From NCBI GenBank assembly GCA_951406725.2, contig OX597839.1, forward strand, positions 18,600,001-18,664,000: 64,000 nt of DNA, written 5' to 3'. The notes below the pieces were generated by a model, which did not search any database, was not told the origin of the DNA, and saw nothing but the letters and a program-made list of their open reading frames with translations. The stretch comes from Octopus vulgaris (Eukaryota). Shown piece by piece: positions 52,865 through 64,000 of this stretch; position 1 is the first letter of the stretch; each line of letters starts with the position of its first letter. The position numbers and the translations under genes were made by a program.

Positions 52865-54060
52865 CAGACTTATGGAGGCATTCCATATTGAATTTCTATG
52901 CTGCAATAAAGACCGTTTATGGCTCCATGGTACCCCTAAAGTCATCAGAGAGTACCTCTCTGCAGAAAAATGAATCGGTAATTGTGGAATATTAAGAAGA
53001 ACATTTCAACCTGCTCGTAAACCTATAGATTAAATGTCTTGGAAGAATTTTCTGAAATGTTCCTTATATGCCACATTGATCAAGTATTATATTTTACTGA
53101 AGGAAAAACCTCCTGGATAAGACAATAGCCCTTGCAGAGATCTTCATGGAAGGTGGATACCTCTATTCAAGAACACTTCATAGCTATATTTCAGAAATAT
53201 GGATTAAAGAGTATAAGCATCAATGCCATTTTCAAAACTAGGAGAGACTTATGCTGGCATTACATATTGAATTTCTCTGCTGCAATAAAGACTCTTAATG
53301 GCTCCATGGTACCACTGATGTTATCAGAAAGTACCTTTCTGCAGAAGGTTTAATCAGTAATTGTGGGCGAACATTTCAACCTGCTCGTAAACTAGTAGAT
53401 TTAATGTCTTGGAAGAATTTTCTGAAATGTTCATAAAAGCCACATTGATCAACCACTATATTTTACTGAAGGAAAAACCTCCTCGATAAGACAATAGCCC
53501 TTGCAGAGATCTTCATGAAAGGTGGATATTCATAGCTATATTTCAGAAATATGGATTGAAGAGTATAAACGTGAATGCCATTTTCAAAATTAAGAGAGAC
53601 TTACACTGGCATTGTATATTGAATTTCTCTGCTGCGATAAAGACTCTTAATGGCGCCATGGTACCACTGATGTTATCAGAAAATACCTTTCTGCAGAAGG
53701 ACTTTAATCAGTAATTGTGGAATACTAAGGAGAACATTTCAACCTGCTCGTAAACCAGTAGATTTAATGTCTTAGAAGAATTTTCTGAAATGTTCCTTAT
53801 ATACCACATTGACCATCCACTAAATGTTTCTGAAGAAGAGATCTCCTGGATTAGACAATATCCCTTGCAGAGATCTTGATGAAAGGTGAATGCCTCTATT
53901 CAAGAAGCTATATATACTTCATAGCTATATTACAGAAGTATGGATCCAGAAGTATTAACATCAACACAATTTAGGAAATTAGGAGAGATTAATGTGTTTC
54001 TTCCTGTTGCAGAGAAGGTCATTGCCAAAGTTATGTTTAAAAGAGATGGATTTATGTATG
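52865..54060 (+). repeat. Tandem triplication (~350-380 bp) of a decayed RTE LINE segment
   Basis: ATTGAATTTCT..GCTGCAATAAAGAC at 52887, 53266 and 53618. Translation remnants F.AAIK..YG..PL.S...EHFN.L.N...PG.D.I.AEI..KGG. Confidence 0.75.
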
Positions 54061-54897
54061 TTTGTCTGATGTTTGATTTCCAAACGAAGTCATTGATTAT
54101 CAATAATGATTGGTGTTGAGGAGCAAAGAAATGGTTCCAAGACCAGCTGAAGACTTCTTTGAGGAGCAGTAACATCAAAGCTTCGTGCATAAAAGGCAAC
54201 ACTAACCCCACAAACCCACTTCTTCTTGGTTCTTTCACTATTATAGAAGTATTGGAAGTGTGGAAGAGGAGGAGGAGGAAGAGATGAACTCAGCAATCCC
54301 AGGTGAAGCAAGGGTAGACACATACCCTCAGAGATACATCTGGTTTCTCCAGTCAGACATTTGCATGTTCCATATGCGACCTGATGCAGAAGATGAGGCG
54401 AGTGCAAGGGTCCACAATTGAAGGAGAATATAGTCTCATCATTGGATTTGATGGACATTCATGTGCAAGTAGAGATGGCATGTTGCCTAGTGATCAAACA
54501 ACTGGACCCTTGATCATAAGGTTGTGGGTTCAATTCCCAGATCAGGGAAGCATGTTGTATTCTTGATCCATTTCACGCAGCTGGCTAAAATGAATAATAG
54601 GACTGACAGGACATCTGCTGGTCAGTGAGGCCAGGTTAATCAGTCAGTGACATCATTGGAAACCTTCAGGAATGATGAGGAATACAACCAATAGTAGTAG
54701 TAGTAGTACTATATTCTATAATTACCTCTTATTACAAGCAAGCAAGCAAACATGCACACACACATACCTACATATATATATACACACACATACATACATA
54801 TATATATATATACCCACACACATACATATATATATATATATACACACACATATATATATATATACACACACATACATACATATATATATATATATAT

Positions 54898-54960
<63 letters not shown>

Positions 54961-55496
54961 CACACACATATTTATATACATATATATATACACATACATA
55001 TATACCACACACACACACATACATATATATACATACGTAAACATGTATACACACGCACACACACACACACACACGTAAAATGAATTTATTGAGTAAATGT
55101 TGCACACCTCCCTTTGTCTTGCTCTCTCTCTCTCTCTCATTCCCACACTCCTGTGGACTACGTATGTGTTGAATATGCAATGTCTGTGTACATCATGTAT
55201 TTATATTTTCTACCTGTGCCTTGTGAAACTATGTCCAACTGTCAGTTTTAAATACATGTAATCATGCCGCCATCTCAGAACGGTGCATCCACTTCAAATA
55301 CTAAAAAGCACAATATATATATATATATATATATCAAATGAAATAAAAAGCAGAATCCAAAGGATGTCGCGGTACACGTGTTTCAAGCTTTATAAAACAT
55401 CCTTTATAAAACACGTGTTTCAAGCTGTTTTTTATTTCATTTGATGCTACTAGCTAGCATATACAGGTGCTTACACTTATCAAGTATTCACCCTGA

Positions 55497-55543
<47 letters not shown>

Positions 55544-55769
55544 AATATAGAATAAACCTTTACATAAATAAATAACGTGAAATACACGAAGGGACAGACA
55601 TAAAAGACAAATGGGTCATTCAAAGCCTTCGTTCTTCAAAGAATGAAGGCTTTGAATGACCCGTCTGTCTCTTATGTTTTTCTCTTCGTGTATTTCACGT
55701 TATTTATTTATGTAAAGGTTTATTCTATATTTCGCAGCGTAGCGTACATGCATAATCTCTTTATGTTTG

Positions 55770-55770
<1 letters not shown>
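55544..55770. repeat. ~190-bp palindrome with short extension, set in (TA)n
   Basis: AATATAGAATAAACCTTTACATAAATAAATAACGTGAAATACACGAAG... mirrored to 55731; loop near 55634-55638. Confidence 0.85.
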
Positions 55771-55800
<30 letters not shown>

Positions 55801-58790
55801 TTATAAGGTTTTTGGCTATGATTTCATGTAGAAATCTGGGCTGCTGCTGATAGTGGGTCAGCGTCTGCACCAAAGCTCTTTTCTTGACTGCAACACATTA
55901 GCTAAGCTAGATAGAGTTGCTCTCCTATTCCTATTGCTGTTTTTATTTTACATGAACTTTTTCTTCTGCTTATATCTTTCTGCTCAATTCCAAATACACA
56001 GATTTAAAATATTAGTTAAAAAAAAAAATTATAGAAAACATGTTTCTAGTGATATACATTTGTTGTGAGATAGAAAAAAAAATTTGTGCTGCTGTTGGTA
56101 GTAGGAATGGGTGTTGAGTCACTATACACAAGTTCCATTGTTGGGCATTTGGAATGTGCAGTACTTTATCTGCGGAGCATAGCGGATCACAGTGGTTCGA
56201 CAGGCCATCTAACCTATGTCCCATAAGGCTTACTTGAGCAAGGCCACTGTGGGTCACGCTATAGAATTTGAAGTGAAAAGCCACAAATGAATATTGATAA
56301 GATTATAGTTCTTTTTCTCATTCAATAATTCATTAATTTTAATTAAATGAAATTTCTACTGAATTTCATTCTTCTATAATTATGTATTTTACGGGCAGCC
56401 CTCAATTTTTTTTTCCTATCGAAAGAGTTCTAAATTCAAATATTCACGTGCTAATATTTATAGCTTTATTAGCTTCGGGTATCATCGGTCTTAAAAAATA
56501 AATTAATTAATCATTTCACGTTAACTCTTGTAGTCAAAAATGTTACTGAAAGACCCGAAGGGAGATAACTCTATACCATTAAAATCAGGGGACACTACTC
56601 GTTACGAACTCTCAAAACTCGGTGGAAGTCGGTATCGCTCAAAATAACGATATATATGTATGTGTGTCTTTTACACACACACGGGCGCGCGTATCTGTTT
56701 TACTTGTTTCAGTCACTGGACAACGGCCATGTTGGGTCACTGCTTTGAAGGCATTAGCCGAATTAATCGACCCAACTACGTATCCATGTTATCCATCTCG
56801 GTTGATGAATAGCGACTAAAATAAGAAAGACACATACATGCGTGTATATGTATATATATATATATATATATACATATATACACTAAGACATAAAATACAC
56901 ACACGCACACACATAATATATGCACATAAACATACACACACACACAAAAAATATACCTATATACTATATGACGGGGCCCTTTCAGTTCCGTCTAAGACAT
57001 TCACTCACTAAAAATTGTAATCTCGGGGGCAAAGGGGTCGAAACAGTAGCCCGCACTGCGGCTGAATCCATGCTATTTGCCTTTTACCATTTTGGTTCTC
57101 AAATAGGTAGCAATGGAGAAATGGCGGTAATCTACTGGCTCCTCCCCATAAATTTCCAGCCCTGTGCTTATACCAGAAAGGATCCAAGAGAAGTAATCAC
57201 CAGATTTTTCTCCTACTTCCAAATATTAAATGTTATTACATTACAATTGTTCGATGAAAGTTAGCAGGTTACAAGGAACGGATGTCTTTTAGTGAACTCC
57301 TGGATGCGTTTAAGTGAGTTTATAATCGTTTAAAGTAAACAAATACATCATGAAAGATATACTGTCATAGGTGCGGATGCAATTATATACAACTACAACG
57401 TATTATACTTCTTGGTATGGTTTTTCGCCGATTAAAGCTGTTTCCATGGTCTAATGAACTTTAAAAAAAAAAAAGTGTTCAGGGGAGGTTACTCTATATA
57501 AACTCTTCTTTGTTCGTAATGAGTAGTTTCCCCTGATTGTTGAGTCATTAGTAGGTGCACTAGCGTTAGCTCTTAACAACAATATCCGAAATAACCCCGA
57601 ACGGAAAACAGGAATTATTTCGGCCACTAATCTTTCTGAAATCGTTTTGCAAAGCAAAGTTTCAATAGAAATATCAACATTAACTTAAACGCATCAATAA
57701 TTACAGTTGTGCATTAGAAATTTCAAGGGGGACAAGTACGGTTATTCAATTTGTAGTTATCTCATCTTGTTAGAATTTCCAACTCCATATTATCGCTTTT
57801 ATTGTTAGGCATGCGATTGCAGAACCGTTACCGAGCAGTAGAAAATGCTTTAGCGGCGTTTATTCCGTCTTTACATTCTAAGACAGATGATGCAGACATT
57901 GACTTTGCTTTTCATTCTTTCAGAGTTGATATACTAAGTATCAATTGAACCCTGGTGTCGATACAATCTACATAGTCCCCTTCCCTAAAATCGGGTTTAA
58001 TATTATTTCAATGCGGTGAGTAGCATGCCGGACAAAAATCCTTAGCGGAATTTCGTCCGTGTTTTTCGTTCTGAGATCCAATCCTGCTGAGGTCGGCACT
58101 GCTTATTATCCTCTCGGGGGCAATTATATAAGTACCAGTTGAGCACTGGGGATCTATATAATCGATGACCACAATTTTTGGCCTTGTACATATAGTAGAT
58201 AGAATTATTACTATCGCAGTATAACAAGCGGTTCCATCTTAGATGAATCCTGTCTTAGCTTCCTCGCGATATCGGTATTTATTCCTGATCATGTCTTCTA
58301 ACTGAGCCCTATACAATGTATATATATATATATATATACATGTGAGTGTGTGTGTGTGTGTAAAACGATGCAAATAAGATATTTTTCGAACGCAGAATTG
58401 CCGTTAGAACAGCAGAAATATTAGGTAAATAACCCTTACAAAATGGAAAAATTTACTTGGTTGTTGACAAATTTTTCTAACGGCAATTCTCTGTTCGAAA
58501 AAGTATCATCTCATTTTTATCGATTTATACACATTTTGACGCTTACAAAAACAACAAACGTTTGTTTTCTTACATACATACATCCATGCATACACACACA
58601 CACACACACATGCATACATGCTTGCATGCATATACTTTCGTTTGATTTTACGACAGCATAGTATCATATTGTCAAAACTTTCCTCCCCCATCTCTAGCCA
58701 TGTCACCGAGTGAATTTCATTATATTTCTTCCCCTTTATAACCGTAGAAATCCTCTCCAATGTGCACCTCAGGCAACCGTGATATCTTAC

Positions 58791-58874
58791 TTTAGAATTT
58801 CGCAGACTGTGGCTAAATCTCGCCCTGCATAGGATGCTAGTCTGTCTCCAGGTATTAATTCTAATATTAGTTCT
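58791..58874 (-). CDS. Candidate exon of an unidentified convergent gene
   Basis: tttatttcacgttgctccag|AGAACT...CTAAA|gtaaga, 84 nt. Phase 2-2 reading ELILELIPGDRLASYAGRDLATVCEIL. No family recognised. Confidence 0.3.
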
Positions 58875-59310
58875 CTGGAGCAACGTGAAATAAATGAAGT
58901 TCTTTGAATCTTGGACATGATTCATTGCCTGGTGTTGGAACCAAATGCAAAATATTACGATTGTCACTGCAACACCCTACTCCACTACATAATACTATCG
59001 CATGGCAAAAGTAACTACAGGTTGGGTTTCCCGAACTGGGGTTAAATCTATAGCTAAAGGGTTACTTCGCCTACTTCGGGGGTTAAATTGGCTGATTCTG
59101 GATTTGTAAATATTTTTTTTTATTCTTGATATGAAGTTAAGAAGAACAATTTAAACAGGCTGGTTTTTGTGAAAAATATTACAATATTAATTTATGAACC
59201 AGTAATAATGCACTGCAATTCATTTGAATTTATTAATTCTCATTTGTCTTGAATGTAATTAAAAAAAACAATTCAAAAATGGTGTAGAACCCTAGATAAT
59301 AATAATAATG

Positions 59311-59352
<42 letters not shown>

Positions 59353-59663
59353 TTTTCTACTATAGGCACAAGGCATGAAATTTTGGGGGAGGGGAATAGT
59401 CGATTAAATCGACCCCAGTACGCCACTGGTACTTATTTCATTGACCCCAAAAAGACGAAAGGCAAAGTCAAACTCGGCGGATTTCGAACTCAGAACGTAA
59501 AGTCGGATAAAATTCCGCTAAGCATTTTGCTCGTCTGGAAACTCTGTAAATAACAGCGTGAAAATATAGGAGTTTAAAAACACCCCCTGTGGATAAGAGA
59601 AGTCGAAGGTTGCCGTTTTTGTATCCAATGACTTTTTAGATTCAAGATTTACACGCTGTCAAA

Positions 59664-60112
59664 TGATGAACCGGCAGAATCGTTAGTACGCCGGACGAAA
59701 TGCCTTGCGGCATTTCGTCCCTCTATACGTCCCGATTTCAAATTCTACTGAGGTCAACGTTGCTTTTCATCCTTTCGGAGTTGCTGGAATAAGCACAAGT
59801 CGAACACGGGGGTCAATGTAATTGACTTAACCGCTGCATCGAAATTGCTGACCTTGTGCCAAAATTTGGAACCAATATTTTTGTCACCAAAAGGGCGGTG
59901 AGCTGATAGAATTGTCAGCGCGCCGGTGAAACTGCTCTCTGGCATTTCGTCCGTCTTTAAGTTCTGAGTTCAAATTCCGCCGAAGTCGACTTTATCTTTT
60001 ATCCTTTCGGGGTCGATGAAATAAGTACCAGTTACGCACTGGGGGGACTGACGTAATCGACTTATCGCCTCCTCACAAATTTTCTGACCTTGTGTTAAAA
60101 TTTAAAACCAAT
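59664..60112 (+). mobile_element. Two tandem CpG-rich SINE family C copies
   Basis: GGCAGAATCGTTAGTACGCCGGACGAAATG...TTCATCCTTTCGG...GGTCAATGTAATTGAC; same family as 15113-15320, 16945-17155 and 50605-50818. Confidence 0.8.
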
Positions 60113-61229
60113 ATTTCCACGCTACTATTTATAGCTAAATGTAGTTCGAGTTCCACCGTGAAAAACGAATCATTTCACGTCTCTTAAAATTTCAAAATTC
60201 TTATGGCGTAAACAGTGATCTTAATATTGTTTTTTACCCTGCACAACAGCACAATTTTTGTAAAAACAGTCTGTAGTGTATAGTTTCTCGAATAACTCGT
60301 CTCCCATCCACAATTACTTTCCATGACATAATTCATGCAACAGCGAAGGACAAACTGTGTGAAACCAAATTACTTCAAGAAGACATTTTGTTTATTGCCA
60401 TTGTTTTTCCCGCGAATATTCTTTTTCGTTGAGTTGATTCTTATAGACGTGACGATGACGATAATGATGATGATGATTTTGAGGAGGAGGAGGAGGAGCA
60501 TCATACATACATACATACATACATACATACATACATACGTACATAGATCATGCATACATACGAACATACATACATCCATGCTAATATATATATATATATG
60601 TACATAAACTACATACCATATACGTAACATACACACATGCATACGAACATATATACATACATAATATACATACATACATACATATTCCTATAACATACAT
60701 ATATGTATTTATTTGTCTTATTTAATTATTCTTATTTTAATCATTTATTTAATTTGTTTGAGGGCGTTTTTTTTAAAACGAATTTTAAAGTATATAAACC
60801 ACGAAACAAAACAAAAAACATTCAATTGTGCCTAGTTTGGTTGCGAATCATTTGAATACTCTGTGTCAATTTTAAGGAGGTTTAATAATAATAATAATAA
60901 CAATGATAACAATGATGATGATGATGATGATACTAGAATAAAAGTGTAATGAAATAAAGAGAAAAAAACATATATAAAAGAAATGAGAAAAGAAGAAAAA
61001 CACATGCCGAACAAAAACAGTGAAGAGAAAGAAATTGATTTTAAGAAAAAATAATAAATGCGAAAGAAAAACAATGAGATCTTTTAGGAGAATATGTTGA
61101 ATAAATTAGATGAAGATTTGGACAAGAATAAAAAAAATAAAAAGACAGACTGATTATATAAAGTCAAAAGAGAATAAAAAAAAATGAAGTTCTGTATGTT
61201 GCAACAGTTTCAGAACTGGGCGTGTTTAT

Positions 61230-61890
<661 letters not shown>

Positions 61891-63651
61891 CAATCGACTT
61901 ATTCTGTGTGTGTGTCGAGAGTTGGTTTTCAGAGAAATTTCACAAAGAACTTAATATAATTATTATCATTATTATTATTATTATTATTGTTATTTTTTTT
62001 TTGCTTGGTTCTTGAAAAATCGAAAAACATTAAAAAAAATAATATTTTAAAACAAAAAAAAAATGTAATAACAGAACCAAAAAAAGATAAAAGAGAAAAA
62101 AAAAACGAAGCCCCTTCCCTAAAACCCAACAAATTTCTTTAATTTCAATTTGTAAATCGGAAAAAAACCCCGCGCTTTGTTGTTGTTATTTGTTGTTGAT
62201 GATCATGATGTTGTTATTATTATTATTATTATTATTATTGTTATTATTAACATTATTGTTGTTAGTGACTTGTGGATTGGCAGAGTCTATAGATCAGTGA
62301 AAACAATAAAACGCCCTGTGGCACTTGTTCCAAATTTTTACATTCTCAATTCACATTTCACCAAGGTCACCGTGGTGAATTTTTGCCTTTCATCCTATCG
62401 GGGTTCTTCAATAAAATTAAAGTACCAGTCAAATACTGGTGTGAATATGATTAAATGTTTCTCCCCTCCCCGTTCGACGAATCCTATGGTACCTACACAT
62501 ATATTTTCTCCAGGAACCTGGAGACTATGTCATCGACATATTATTTTGTCTTTATTTTTGGAAGACTTGGTAGAATGACAGACGAGAAATGATACAACTA
62601 TCCTCGTTTATCGCGAGTGTTTGGTTAAAAATGCGAAAAAAAAAAACGTGTTAAATGAAGCAGCGATAAATGAACAATAGAACGTATGGGAGAAAATACT
62701 TCCGTTCTGAGGCCGCCCCCAAATTGTGCTTAGCATTGTGTGTGGTCGCTGGGGTGCAGTTTTTCAGTCCAATCAGAATCTTCGAGTTATTACCGACCCC
62801 TTTTGTCACAGATAAATTTGTGATAAGCGTAATTGTTCACAATAAGAGCACCGTGTTATCCTATCCTATATCAGTGAAAGATGAATCAGCGATAAATGAG
62901 GCAACATGTATTTAGTTGCAGCCCTTTAAGTTCTACATTCGGTGTTTTTTTTTCCGTAATTGGAAAAATCGTCAAGAGCCTCAGTGATATACTTGCGGTA
63001 TTACGAAACCTGATGACCTGAGTTCATTTTCTGTCAAGATTAGCAGAGTCATTAAAGCGTCGACCAAAGAGTTGCGACGAGAGCGTTTACATTCTGAGTT
63101 CAAATCCGACCAAGGTCAACCATGCCTTTTTATTTTTTTTTATTTTTTGGGGAATCAAAGAAATACAGCACCAGTCACGTGCTGTATTTAGCTTAATCAT
63201 CCGTACACTTCACCCAAACTTCTGACCTCGTGCCTGTGTTACAAACTATATAATTATTTCAGTGAAATAGCTAGGGCGGTGCCCGTGCTCTTTGCAGGCC
63301 CTCCTGCAGGTATACAGAATTTTATAATTTCTTTGCTGCACCAACGTGTAGAGAATTAACGTGCGTGTGTATATGTCTACATGTGTGTATGTGTGTGAGT
63401 GTGTGTGGGGAGCTGTTTGCAATCGACAATAATAATAATGATAATAGTTGTAGTAATAGTAGCAATAGTCGTAGCAGTGGTGGTAGTCGTAGTCTCATCT
63501 TCCTACTCTGCATGGGGAGGACCTTTCCGTATTATTGGTGCTTGTTTTTTTTTTATTATAAACTCTGGAGAATATAAAGATGGCGTTGACTTGTATGTGT
63601 GAACAGTTATGTGCTGAAGTTAATCTAGGGTTGATATTCTTCTATCCCGCT

Positions 63652-63691
<40 letters not shown>

Positions 63692-64000
63692 CCCTCTATC
63701 TCTCTCTCAATCCCTCTGTCTCTCTCTCTCTCTCACGTTTTTACCAATCTCTTGCTGTAGTAATGAATAATACAAATAAAAAAAATATTTATAATAAAAA
63801 AAAATATATTAATAATTATTATTATTATTAATAATAATAATAATAATAATAATAACAATAATGATAAAAATTGTAATGATGAACAATGATTATCAACAAC
63901 AACAACAATAATGATAATAATAGTGTTGATGGTTGTGGTGATGGTGATGATGATAATGATGATGATGACGGTGGTTTGGATTATAAAATTAATAAAAATG

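Overview
AT-rich, microsatellite- and SINE-dense eukaryotic DNA; the SINE families and (TA)n/(CA)n/(ATT)n load suggest an octopus (coleoid cephalopod) genome, which is an inference. Most of the window is the 3' half of a + strand EPS15/EPS15L1-type endocytic adaptor gene. Six phase-compatible GT-AG exons at 17212-35524 encode the coiled coil, 10 DPF motifs, a PPPRPAPPRP tract and an FADF motif, followed by two candidate terminal exons, neither with a UIM. The introns hold a 67-bp SINE-derived tandem array, a GG-rich 10-bp satellite, mariner/hAT/MULE-like DNA elements, RTE and Tx1 fragments and many Penelope-like element (PLE) derivatives. Best leads: (1) a PLE whose coiled-coil ORF1 joins the RT ORF in the -1 frame exactly at a U UUU UUA GGG slippery site; (2) two circularly permuted ~170-bp monomers with a hammerhead-ribozyme-like core, resembling a retrozyme; (3) a recurring class of palindromic hammerhead-like inserts in (TA)n; (4) a candidate microexon and UIM-less EPS15 ends. 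Most ORFs in the supplied track are repeat artefacts. All calls were made by eye, with no alignments or searches run.
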